Assembly: GCA_026002975.1 (NCBI GenBank)
Contig: BPGJ01000005.1
Coordinates: forward strand, 6,438 to 70,437
Reading direction: 5' to 3'
DNA from: Acidimicrobiia bacterium
GTDB taxonomy: Bacteria > Actinomycetota > Acidimicrobiia > Spongiisociales > ZC4RG35
Length of the DNA: 64,000 bases
Shown here: positions 56,098 to 64,000 of the stretch, in pieces
How the letters are laid out: every line of letters begins with the position of its first letter
How positions within the stretch are numbered: the stretch's first letter is position 1
Notes under the pieces: generated by a model
Seen by the model: only the letters and a program-made list of their open reading frames with translations
Told to the model about the DNA's origin: nothing
Databases searched by the model: none
Position numbers and translations under genes: made by a program

Positions 56098-56991
56098 ATG
56101 GGCGAGCCGGCGATCGTCACCGAGAAGCTGACCAAACACTACGGAGAAGTCCGGGCGCTCGTCGACCTCGACCTCGAGGTCCGGCGTGGCGAAGTGTTCG
56201 GTTTCCTGGGGCCCAACGGAGCCGGAAAGACCACCACAATACGGCTGCTGTTGGACTTCATTCGTCCGACCTCGGGTCGGGCGTCGATCCTGGGGATGGA
56301 CACCCGACGGGAGTCGGTGGAGATCCGGCGGCGCATCGGCTACGTCCCCGGCGACCTGGCCCTCTATGCGCACCTCACAGGCCGTGACACGGTCGCCTAC
56401 TTCGCCAACCTCCGAAGGGGTGTCGACCGGCGGTACGTGGACGAGCTGGCCGAACGGCTCGACGCCGACCTCGACCGCAAAGTGGGTGAGCTATCGACCG
56501 GCAACCGGCAGAAGATCGGCCTCATCCAGGCCTTCATGAACCGGCCCGAGGTGTTGATCCTGGACGAACCGAGCATTGGGCTCGATCCTCTGGTCCAACG
56601 CGAGCTCCAGATGCTGATCCGGGAGGCCGCCGGCGAAGGGCGGACGGTCTTTCTCTCCAGCCATACCCTGTCGGAGGTGCAGAGGGTGGCCGACCGGGTG
56701 GGGATCATTCGCAAAGGTCGCCTGGTCGAGACCGAGTCGGTGTCCAGCCTGCGCTCCAAGGCGATCCGACGGGTCGAGTTCCAGATGGACGGGCCGGTGG
56801 ACCCCTCTGTGTTCGCCGGGGTGGCCGGGGTCAGGGACGTGACCACTGAGGACAACCGGGTGGTCATCTCCCAGGAGGGTCGGATGGACGAGCTGTTGAA
56901 GACGGCGGTGGAGAAGTTCACGGTGATCGACATGACGGTCCACGAAGCCGACCTGGAGGAGATCTTCCTGGCTTACTACAGGGAGCCGTAG
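56098..56991 (+). CDS. ABC transporter ATP-binding protein (ABC-2 exporter type)
   Basis: Walker A GPNGAGKTT, signature LSTGNRQKIGLIQA, Walker B LILDEPSIGLD, H-loop SSHTLSEV. 297 aa. Confidence 0.9.
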   Translation: MGEPAIVTEKLTKHYGEVRALVDLDLEVRRGEVFGFLGPNGAGKTTTIRLLLDFIRPTSGRASILGMDTRRESVEIRRRIGYVPGDLALYAHLTGRDTVAYFANLRRGVDRRYVDELAERLDADLDRKVGELSTGNRQKIGLIQAFMNRPEVLILDEPSIGLDPLVQRELQMLIREAAGEGRTVFLSSHTLSEVQRVADRVGIIRKGRLVETESVSSLRSKAIRRVEFQMDGPVDPSVFAGVAGVRDVTTEDNRVVISQEGRMDELLKTAVEKFTVIDMTVHEADLEEIFLAYYREP

Positions 56992-56996
56992 AACCG

Positions 56997-58643
56997 ATGG
57001 CCACCCTGGCCTTGGTGCGTCGCTCCGTCCGGGACCGGGTCGGGTCCCAGATCCTCGGCGCGGGGATCATCGGGCTGCTGCTGGCCGGCGGCCTGGCCGC
57101 CTACCGAGAGATCGACGTGAGCCTCTACCAGCAGATGCCCGACCTGGTCAAGGAGCTGATGGGGATCCCGCCCACCGCCGACGTGGCTGCCACCGCCTAC
57201 GGGGCCATCTACTCCTTCGTGGGAGCGATGACCATCGCCGGGATGGCTATCGCCTTCGGAGCCGCAGCCATCTCGGGGGAGGAGGCGGACGGCACCGTCG
57301 ATGTCCTCCTCGCCAACCCGGTTGGGCGTATCGAGCTGGTGGTCGCACGAACCCTGGCCCTCGCCGGGCTCTCGGCAGTGGTCGGGCTGGTGCTGTGGGC
57401 CGCCGGAGTCATCGCGCCGGCGCTGCTCGACGTCGAGACCACCGGCATGCACGTGGGGGCTCTGGTGGTGCACATGGTCGTCAACGGCTTCTTCTACGGA
57501 GCGGTCGCCCTCGCGGTGGGTGCGGCCACCGGGGTCAGATCGCGGGCTTCGGGCACGGCGGTGGTGGTCCTTCTCGTCTCGTACCTCTCGTATGGGCTGC
57601 TGGGATTCGTCGGGTTGGAGGACTGGGCCAGGCTGTCTCCCTGGTACTACTACGAGGCGTCCCGACCGGTGCTGGAGGGGCTCTCATGGGGTCACCTGGC
57701 CGTGCTGGCCGGGGCAGGACTGGCCGCGGTGGCGGTGTCCGCTCGGGTCTTCCAGAGGCGGGACGTGGTGGGACGCCAGGCCGGTATCACTCTGCTCGAT
57801 CGGCTTCGGGCCCACCCCGCCACCCGCCGCATCGTCGACCGGGTGGCGGGCACCGCCCTGGTGGCCGGGCCCGGTTCGAGGTTGGCATCCGAAGCCAGAG
57901 GTCTGGTGGTGATCACGTCGATGGTGATGCTGTACACCGAGCTCCTGGTCGGTCCGCTCTACCGGTTCGTTGACGACGCCATCCGGGAGCTGGGCGAGCT
58001 GCCCGACTTCATCCTCGCCTTCGCCGGTTACGCCGACATGTCCACTCCGGTGGGTTGGATGCAGGGTGAGGTGTTCGGACTGATGGCTCCGGCCGCGACG
58101 ATGCTGGTGGCGATCGTGGTCGCGGTGAAGGGGATCGCCGGTGAGGAGGAGCGTAAGACCATGGGCGTCCTGTTGGCCAACCCGATTCCCCGCTGGCGGG
58201 TGCCGATCGCCGTGGCGTCGGTGCAGGTGGTCTACGCCCTGACGGTCGGGGCGGTGATCTTCGTTGGGGCCATGGCGGGTTCGTGGCTCGGGGGGTTGGG
58301 TCTGGACGCCGGGAACGTGGCCGCCACCTCACTGATGGCTTCTCTCACCGGCCTGGCCTTCGGCGGTTTGGCCCTGGTCGTCTCCGCCGGGACCGGTAGG
58401 CCCCGTCTTGCCGGCCTCCTCGGCGCCGGGTTCGCCATGGTGGGTTTCGTGGTCAGCCAGTATCTGAGACTGGTAGAGACTCTGGCGGGATGGGCCAAGG
58501 CGTCGCCGTTCTACTACTACCTGGCCAACGACCCGCTGGTCCGGGGCCTCGACCTGGGCGACGCCGGGATCCTCGTCGGTGTGTTCGCCGCGTCGATAGG
58601 CGGGTCGATGTTGCTCTTTCAGAGGAGAGACCTCAGAGGCTGA
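56997..58643 (+). CDS. ABC-2 family transporter permease (duplicated 6-transmembrane module, 548 aa)
   Basis: Entirely hydrophobic. Two homologous halves, each with about 6 transmembrane segments. Immediately downstream of the ATPase. Confidence 0.8.
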   Translation: MATLALVRRSVRDRVGSQILGAGIIGLLLAGGLAAYREIDVSLYQQMPDLVKELMGIPPTADVAATAYGAIYSFVGAMTIAGMAIAFGAAAISGEEADGTVDVLLANPVGRIELVVARTLALAGLSAVVGLVLWAAGVIAPALLDVETTGMHVGALVVHMVVNGFFYGAVALAVGAATGVRSRASGTAVVVLLVSYLSYGLLGFVGLEDWARLSPWYYYEASRPVLEGLSWGHLAVLAGAGLAAVAVSARVFQRRDVVGRQAGITLLDRLRAHPATRRIVDRVAGTALVAGPGSRLASEARGLVVITSMVMLYTELLVGPLYRFVDDAIRELGELPDFILAFAGYADMSTPVGWMQGEVFGLMAPAATMLVAIVVAVKGIAGEEERKTMGVLLANPIPRWRVPIAVASVQVVYALTVGAVIFVGAMAGSWLGGLGLDAGNVAATSLMASLTGLAFGGLALVVSAGTGRPRLAGLLGAGFAMVGFVVSQYLRLVETLAGWAKASPFYYYLANDPLVRGLDLGDAGILVGVFAASIGGSMLLFQRRDLRG

Positions 58644-58647
58644 CGCC

Positions 58648-59367
58648 TCACACCGTGCATTCCCAAACCCGGGCGGCCCAGAGGAGGCGGGAACCCCGCT
58701 GGGTCAGTTCTACCACCCGCTCCTTCATCAACGCGAGGACCTCCTGACTCTCGGCCACCACTGCGGGTAGCGGGAACTGGCGCTCCACCAGTTTGGTCAG
58801 CCGTCCGAAGAGGTCCTTGGCGACCTGGAGGATCGACGTCTCGTCTTGGAGGGTGCCGGTAGGGAGGAGGAGCTTGCCGCCCTCCTTCAACCAGCCGGGG
58901 GCTTCCCGGAGCATCCGGATCGGGAGTTCGGAACCGCGGGGACCGCCGCCCCGACCGCTGGGAAACCAGCCGGTCACCCGTGCCACCGGGTCGGGGATCC
59001 CCGAAACGTCCCCGATGATCACGTCGGCCTTCAGGTCCCGGGGTAGAGGGTCGAACAGGTCACCCTGGTAGAAGTGGGTTCGATCGGCCACTCCCAGGCG
59101 CTCGGCGTTGAGGGTGGCGATCTCGACGGTGTCGGGAGCGGCGTCCACTCCGTGCACCTCCCCTGCGCCCAGGCGGGCCGCCACGATCGAGAGCACCCCC
59201 GACCCGCATCCCATGTCGATGACCGTCTCGCCCCCCGACAGCTCCAACGCCTCCGCCAGCAGCTCCGACACCTTGGAAGGAGCGAAGGTGTGGTCGGAGA
59301 GGAAAAGCTCGAACGGGCCTTCACGGCCCTTCCAGCGGAAGGTCTTGAGGTCGGAGCGGTCCGTCAT
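58648..59367 (-). CDS. class I SAM-dependent methyltransferase (small MTS domain)
   Basis: SAM motif I VIDMGCGSGVLSIVAA, motif post-I GVDAAPDTVEIA, motif II DVIIGD. Confidence 0.75.
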   Translation of the reverse strand: MTDRSDLKTFRWKGREGPFELFLSDHTFAPSKVSELLAEALELSGGETVIDMGCGSGVLSIVAARLGAGEVHGVDAAPDTVEIATLNAERLGVADRTHFYQGDLFDPLPRDLKADVIIGDVSGIPDPVARVTGWFPSGRGGGPRGSELPIRMLREAPGWLKEGGKLLLPTGTLQDETSILQVAKDLFGRLTKLVERQFPLPAVVAESQEVLALMKERVVELTQRGSRLLWAARVWECTV

Positions 59368-59376
59368 GCCGCAACC

Positions 59377-60069
59377 CTAGCCGGTCGGCGCGCCGGTCGA
59401 ACCCTCGACGAACAGGGTCACCTCGGGGAAGTCCCCCAACCGGAACCTGAACTCCCGGCCCTGGTGGGCGGGCACGGGGGTGACTACCGAGCCGGTGATG
59501 ATCACGTCACCGGGCCGAAGCTGCTCACCCACCGAAGCCAAGGTGCCGGCCACCACAGCCACCACCTCGTCGTATCGACCGGTGAGGGCCTGCAGATCGT
59601 CGGTGCGGGCGTGCTCGCGACCGTCGATCATCACCGAGGCCTCGAGGCCTGCGGCCGCGGGCTGCTGCCCGCCCGGGCCGGGTTCACCCAACACCACACC
59701 CGCGTGGAATATGTCACGGGCCAGGATGTCCTCCACCCGGCCGGCCTCCAGAGGCAGGTCGATGTCGGCCAGCTCGATCGCTGGTCCGACCGCCGAAACC
59801 GCCTCCCAGGCCTGCTCGGGCGTCGCCCCAGGTGGGACCGGAGAACCGATCCACACCGCCACCTCGAACTCCACCACCGGTCGCGTCCAATCCGACACGT
59901 CGACCGTGGCCCCATCGGCGAGAACCGTACGGGATGTGAGGAAACCAACCAACGGGGCGGTCGTCCCCATCGCCTCCATGGCCTGGGGGGAACCGAACCC
60001 CACCTTCCAGCCGACGTGTCGAGCCCCGGCCGCCAGCATGTTTCGCCGCTCAGCCATCTGACGCACCAT
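59377..60069 (-). CDS. 2-keto-4-pentenoate hydratase / 2-oxohepta-3-ene-1,7-dioate hydratase family protein
   Basis: GWKVGFGSPQAMEAMGTTAPLVGFL...PVVEFEVAV resembles MhpD/HpaH-type hydratases. Start set to internal ATG 60069. The frame runs on to 60441, overlapping the cupin gene, and that extension was rejected. Confidence 0.65.
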   Translation of the reverse strand: MVRQMAERRNMLAAGARHVGWKVGFGSPQAMEAMGTTAPLVGFLTSRTVLADGATVDVSDWTRPVVEFEVAVWIGSPVPPGATPEQAWEAVSAVGPAIELADIDLPLEAGRVEDILARDIFHAGVVLGEPGPGGQQPAAAGLEASVMIDGREHARTDDLQALTGRYDEVVAVVAGTLASVGEQLRPGDVIITGSVVTPVPAHQGREFRFRLGDFPEVTLFVEGSTGAPTG

Positions 60070-60104
60070 CCCAGCCTCGATCCGGGGATCCTCCCAGGGA
60101 GCTC

Positions 60105-60509
60105 TCACCGTTCCTCCCCCGTCCAGGCCTGGTAGCCGGAGGCCTCCAGCGAGCCGGCGCCTCGCCATCCCCACACCAGCACCGCGTCCCGGTCGCCGGT
60201 GTTGTGGAACCCGTGCCAGCGGCCCCGCGGCGTCCAGATCACGTCTCCACGCACGGCCGGCTCTTCCCCCTCGTCCAGATAGATGACCCCGGAACCTTCC
60301 ACCAAGATGAAGAACTCGTCGGCGTTGCGGTGCAGGTGGCGGTCGTGTCGGGCGCCGGGCGGCATCACGGTCCAGCCGAGGAGGAAGTCGTCGAGACCCT
60401 CGGCCTCGCCGAGGAGGAACCGAACCTCCATGTCGACCCAACCCTCCTCGCGGCGCAGCCCGGGGACCGGTGCTCGTGAACCGATGGGGAAGTGGAGCCG
60501 GCCGGTCAT
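60105..60509 (-). CDS. cupin-domain protein
   Basis: 134 aa. Two-His cupin motifs (PPGARHDRHLHRNADEFFILVEGSG and GRWHGFHNTG). Confidence 0.7.
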   Translation of the reverse strand: MTGRLHFPIGSRAPVPGLRREEGWVDMEVRFLLGEAEGLDDFLLGWTVMPPGARHDRHLHRNADEFFILVEGSGVIYLDEGEEPAVRGDVIWTPRGRWHGFHNTGDRDAVLVWGWRGAGSLEASGYQAWTGEER

Positions 60510-61381
60510 CGGTCGCCCCCGAGGAGCCGATACACGTCGAATACGGTGACGAAGTCGCGGTGGTCCAGTCCCAAACCGCGGCAGGCGTTGAGGAGCTCGT
60601 TGGCCACCGCTCCCAGCGGGGCGGCAGAGCCCTGACGGCGAGCCACCTCGAGAGCCAACACCATGTCCTTCTGTTGGAGGTTCACGTCCGCCAACGGCTT
60701 GTCGGGCATCTCCAAGATGAAGGGCCCCCGGTAGCCCATCACGGGGGAGGCCACCACCGACTTGAGCATGGCGTCGACCGCGACCGCCCGATCGACCCCT
60801 CCCTTCTCCGCCAGGGCGACCGCCTCACAGAACACCACCATCTCGACGATCAGAGCCAGGTTGATCGCCACCTTCATCTGGGAGGCGGTGCCGGACGGCC
60901 CTATGTAGCTGACCTTCGAACCGATGTCGTAGAGGACCGGCTCCACCCTCTCGAAGGCGGCACGGTCGCCTCCCACCATGATCGAAGCGGTCCCCTCCTG
61001 AACGGTGACCGGGCTACCCGACAGAGGGGCGTCCAACATCACGAGGCCGCGTTCGGCGAAGGCCGCCGCGACCCGGCGGGAGACCTCGGGGTCGATGGTG
61101 CTCATGTCCAGGTAGACACCATCGGGCGACAAGCCGGAGATCACGCCGTCGTCGCCCAGCGCCACCGACTCCACCGCCTTGCCGTCGGTGACGATCGAAA
61201 AGACCACCTCGGAGCGGCGAGCCACCTCCGCCGGGGAATCCGCCCACTCCATGCCCCTCCCGAGGAGAGGCTCGGCCTTTCCGGGTGTCCTGTTCCACCC
61301 CACCACCGAGTGGCCTGCCTCGAGCAGGCGGGGCACGATGACCTGACCCATCTCTCCCAAGCCGATCCATCCGACTCTCAT
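60506..61381 (-). CDS. NAD(P)-dependent 3-hydroxyisobutyrate dehydrogenase family oxidoreductase
   Basis: MRVGWIGLGEMGQVIVPRLLEAGHSVVGWNRT (Rossmann)...DAPLSGSPVTVQEGTASIMVGGD...SQMKVAINL. Start set at ATG 61381. Confidence 0.85.
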   Translation of the reverse strand: MRVGWIGLGEMGQVIVPRLLEAGHSVVGWNRTPGKAEPLLGRGMEWADSPAEVARRSEVVFSIVTDGKAVESVALGDDGVISGLSPDGVYLDMSTIDPEVSRRVAAAFAERGLVMLDAPLSGSPVTVQEGTASIMVGGDRAAFERVEPVLYDIGSKVSYIGPSGTASQMKVAINLALIVEMVVFCEAVALAEKGGVDRAVAVDAMLKSVVASPVMGYRGPFILEMPDKPLADVNLQQKDMVLALEVARRQGSAAPLGAVANELLNACRGLGLDHRDFVTVFDVYRLLGGDR

Positions 61382-61448
61382 CACACCTCCTGAGAACGTT
61401 TGCAGCATAGATGGGTCGGCTGCGGCCGGATCCGCTAGCGTCGGAGCC

Positions 61449-61967
61449 GTGTTCACGGTCGGGCACGGTACGAACCGGCCGGAAGACTTCGTCGACTTGC
61501 TGCATCGGGCCGGGGTCGACGCCGTGGTGGACGTGCGTTCCTACCCGGGGAGTCGGCGTCACCCGTGGTTCGCCAAAGACGAGATGGCTTCCTGGCTCCG
61601 GGAACACGACATCTCGTACCGTTGGGAGCCGGACCTGGGTGGCTTCCGGAAGCCCGTCCCCGACTCTCCCAACGTGGCCCTCACCTCGTTCAAGGGATAC
61701 GCCGACCACATGCGCACCGACCGCTTCACCCAGGCTCTGGCCCGGATGGTCGAGGAGGCGAGACGGACACCCACCGCGGTCATGTGCGCCGAGTCGCTCT
61801 GGTGGCGGTGTCATCGTCGTCTCATCGCCGACGCCGCCCATCTCATCTGGGGCGTCCAGGTACTGCATCTACTCCCCGGAGGGCGGATCGAACCTCATCG
61901 CCCGATGCCGGAAGCACGCCTGGACGAACAGGGTCTGGTGGTGTACGACGTCGTAGTCGACCGATAG
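61449..61967 (+). CDS. DUF488 family protein
   Basis: FTVGHGTNRPEDFVDLLHRAGVDAVVDVRSYPGSRRHPWFAKDEMASWLREHDISYRW and AESLWWRCHRRLIADA match the DUF488 consensus. Confidence 0.7.
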   Translation: MFTVGHGTNRPEDFVDLLHRAGVDAVVDVRSYPGSRRHPWFAKDEMASWLREHDISYRWEPDLGGFRKPVPDSPNVALTSFKGYADHMRTDRFTQALARMVEEARRTPTAVMCAESLWWRCHRRLIADAAHLIWGVQVLHLLPGGRIEPHRPMPEARLDEQGLVVYDVVVDR

Positions 61968-61976
61968 GCTCCGGTC

Positions 61977-63038
61977 ATGCACCGGGCCAGGCTGCTCGTG
62001 GCCTCCATCGCTCTGGCGGCGGCCCTGGCCTGGGCCGTCCCATCGGGTCGAGCGAGGCTCCTCGCGGCCCCCACCACGGCGGAGGCTCTCGGAGCGGCCG
62101 TGCCGAGACCCTTCGCCGAGGACGTGGTGGTGGCGGAGTCCCCGGTGCCCGACGTAGAGGGCCGGCTCTACACGCCGGGCCCCGAACATCCAGCGATCGT
62201 CGCGGTGCCGGGCGCCACCCCGGCGGGACTCGACGATCCCAGACTGGCCCGGGTGGCCCGGGCGATATCACGCAACGGCAGGCAGGTCTTCGTGCCTCTC
62301 CTCGACCTCTACCAGCAGCGATTCACGACCGACGACATCGACCGCATCGCCCGGTCCGTCGAGGCGCTGCACCTCCAGACCGGCAGACCGGTGGTGATGG
62401 TGGGCTTCAGCTACGGCGGATCCTTCGCCCTGTTGGCGGCCGCCGATCCGAGGACCCGTCCCGGGCTGGCCAAGGTGGCCACCTTCGGGGCGTACTTCGA
62501 CCTGATCGGGGTACTCCAGGCGGTGACCACCGGGGTCTCCCTGGTCGACGGGGCAACGGTGGAGTGGCGAGGCCATCCGCTGGCCAGGGACATCCTCCAC
62601 GCCAGAGCTGCGGGTCTCCTTCCGCCTGCCCAGGCCGACCAGCTGCTGGACGCTCTGGCGGGCAAGCGTTCCCCCGAGGCGTTGGATTCGGCGAGTCGGG
62701 CCATGTACGACTTGCTGACCAACCGGGACCCGACTCTCACCTACCAGCTGGCGGACCGCCTGCCCGACGAAGTCAAGGCCCTGATCGACCGGTTCTCTCC
62801 ATCATCCGTCGCCGACCGGATCGACGTGCCGGTGTTCGCGGTCCACTCCACCGACGACCCTGCCGTCCCCTACGGGGAGCTGCTCCGTCTGCGGGCCGGG
62901 CTGCGCCGGGCCGAGACCGCGACGGTCGACATCTTCCGACACGTCGACTTCCAGGCGTCGTCGGTTCGTCAGTGGTGGGAGGTGGCCCCCGACCTGTACG
63001 TCATGTGGAGGTTCGCCGCCTGGATTCTGGAAGGCTGA
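61977..63038 (+). CDS. secreted alpha/beta-hydrolase-fold protein
   Basis: Signal peptide MHRARLLVASIALAAALAWA. Nucleophile elbow GFSYGGS. Catalytic Asp/His region VHSTDDPAVP. 353 aa. Confidence 0.75.
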   Translation: MHRARLLVASIALAAALAWAVPSGRARLLAAPTTAEALGAAVPRPFAEDVVVAESPVPDVEGRLYTPGPEHPAIVAVPGATPAGLDDPRLARVARAISRNGRQVFVPLLDLYQQRFTTDDIDRIARSVEALHLQTGRPVVMVGFSYGGSFALLAAADPRTRPGLAKVATFGAYFDLIGVLQAVTTGVSLVDGATVEWRGHPLARDILHARAAGLLPPAQADQLLDALAGKRSPEALDSASRAMYDLLTNRDPTLTYQLADRLPDEVKALIDRFSPSSVADRIDVPVFAVHSTDDPAVPYGELLRLRAGLRRAETATVDIFRHVDFQASSVRQWWEVAPDLYVMWRFAAWILEG

Positions 63039-63972
63039 ACGGCAACTCGAGCTGGGCCGGGCGGGGGACCTGTCGGTTCGTCCGCGTGTCTCGTCGACGC
63101 CGGTTGCGGGGTCGCAGCCTCGACCGGTCCGCGTAGAGCTCCCGGTATTGCTCCGCCAACTCTGGGTGGTTCCGTTCCAGCCAGCCCATGTAGTGCTCCT
63201 TCACCCCGGGTCGAAGGTGGAGCATGATGGGGTAGACATGGGTGGCGCCGGCCCGCCGGGCGGCGGCGATCACCTCGTCCACCCCGTCCTCCGACAGACC
63301 CGGGAGGATCGGTGCGACCAAAACACCCGAAGGCACCCCGGCCTGGTTGAGGCGGGCCACCGCCTCGAGCCGCTTCCCCGGATGCGGTGTGTTGGGTTCG
63401 GTCTGGCGCCACACCTCCTCGTCGAGGGTGCCAACGGAGAAATCGACCGACACGGTGGTCCTCCTGGCGGCCTCGACGAAGAGGTCGAGGTCCCGTAGGG
63501 CCAGGGTGGACTTGGTCAGGATCGAGAACGGGTTTCGTCTCTCCACTAGGACCTCGACGATGCCTCTGGTCAGCTTGTACCTGCCCTCGGCGGGCTGGTA
63601 GGGATCGGTGTTGGTCCCCATGGCGATCGGGTGACCTCCCCATCGGCCCGGGCGGGTCTCCGCCTCGACCAGCTCCACCGCGTTGACCTTGACCACGATC
63701 TCGGTGTCGAACTCCTCCGGCTCCTCGAACCCGAGGTAGGTGTGGGTGGGACGAGCGAAGCAGTAGATGCACCCGTGGCTGCAGCCTCGATAAGCGTTGA
63801 TGGTGAACTCGAAGGGGAGGGAGCCCCGGTTGGGTACCCGGTTGATGATCGTTCGGGCCTCGACCTCCCAGAACGTCAACCCCCGGTACTCGCCCCGGCC
63901 GGCCACCCTGCGGCCCAGCTCGAACAGGCCCGGCTGGGCCGAAGAACGCCACCGTAACTCGCTCACCGCCAC
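63001..63972 (-). CDS. radical SAM protein, SplB-like (spore-photoproduct-lyase family DNA repair/unknown function)
   Basis: CSHGCIYCFARP (CxxxCxxC radical-SAM cluster motif) in a roughly 320-aa protein of the COG1533/SplB architecture. Overlaps the convergent hydrolase gene by 38 nt. Confidence 0.8.
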   Translation of the reverse strand: MAVSELRWRSSAQPGLFELGRRVAGRGEYRGLTFWEVEARTIINRVPNRGSLPFEFTINAYRGCSHGCIYCFARPTHTYLGFEEPEEFDTEIVVKVNAVELVEAETRPGRWGGHPIAMGTNTDPYQPAEGRYKLTRGIVEVLVERRNPFSILTKSTLALRDLDLFVEAARRTTVSVDFSVGTLDEEVWRQTEPNTPHPGKRLEAVARLNQAGVPSGVLVAPILPGLSEDGVDEVIAAARRAGATHVYPIMLHLRPGVKEHYMGWLERNHPELAEQYRELYADRSRLRPRNRRRRDTRTNRQVPRPAQLELPFSLPESRRRTST

Positions 63973-64000
63973 CAGGTTAGCGAACAGATGTTCGCCTCAG

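Noticed and set aside
55171-64000. Integrated mobile element at the tmRNA 3' end
   Set aside because: No integrase, recombinase, excisionase or transposase ORF and no obvious direct repeat of the ssrA terminus in the window. It is retained only as a low-interest observation.

Overview
High-GC (~70%) chromosomal segment whose gene order matches conserved Actinobacteria (Actinomycetota) neighbourhoods. Those neighbourhoods are cofD-cofE...manB-manA-ahcY, birA next to an acyl-CoA carboxyltransferase, comF-hpf-secA, and prfB-ftsEX-M23-smpB-ssrA. No rRNA, tRNA, CRISPR, integrase or transposase was seen.

**Content by region**
- **1-17.5 kb, cell-envelope glycan cluster.** It holds several family-4 glycosyltransferases (GT4). 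It also holds a complete five-enzyme set homologous to the Pseudomonas Wbp pathway (WbpI/WbpD/WbpE/WbpB/WbpA homologues) for UDP-2,3-diacetamido-2,3-dideoxy-mannuronic acid. The rest is a GT4, a polyprenyl-phosphate sugar phosphotransferase, a family-2 glycosyltransferase (GT2), an orphan sensor histidine kinase, a Wzx/MOP-like flippase and a class-A penicillin-binding protein (PBP) with two C-terminal PASTA domains.
- **17.5-27.6 kb, propionyl/methylmalonyl-CoA metabolism.** Methylmalonyl-CoA mutase catalytic domain, LpdA-like flavoprotein, a DUF222/HNH gene, biotin carboxylase alpha subunit, ECF sigma factor with its anti-sigma factor, carboxyltransferase beta subunit and BirA.
- **27.6-44.5 kb.** Dienelactone hydrolase, LCP (LytR-CpsA-Psr family) cell-wall ligase, UDP-glucose dehydrogenase and the F420 genes cofE and cofD. 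Next is an uncharacterised but conserved envelope locus: a 911-aa GT2-membrane fusion, a secreted protein, a thioredoxin-like protein, three small Cys-rich ORFs, a 756-aa polytopic membrane protein and a convergently overlapping polyprenol-phosphate-mannose synthase. It ends with ManB, a Trm112-like mini-ORF, a SIS-domain phosphoglucose/phosphomannose isomerase (PGI/PMI) and adenosylhomocysteinase.
- **44.5-55.2 kb, housekeeping.** hsp20, comF, hpf, an orphan LuxR response regulator, secA, prfB with its canonical programmed +1 frameshift, ftsE, ftsX, an M23 peptidase, smpB, an inserted secreted-protein gene, then tmRNA (ssrA).
- **55.2-64 kb, possible accessory content.** A frameshifted ppk2 abutting ssrA, an ABC-2 exporter preceded by a perfect AT-rich palindrome, a methyltransferase, a hydratase/cupin/dehydrogenase operon, DUF488, a secreted hydrolase and a radical-SAM SplB-like protein.

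**Main points**
- The two candidate 'systems' are the Wbp-type diacetamido-uronic-acid glycan cluster and the conserved but functionally unknown GT2-fusion/large membrane protein/Ppm envelope locus.
- Three genes (the wbpB-like gene, secA and ppk2) carry apparent single-nucleotide-insertion frameshifts. Because essential secA is affected, sequencing error is the more likely explanation than true pseudogenisation.
- The six-frame track contains many long alternate-frame and antisense ORFs. These are GC-bias artefacts and were not called.
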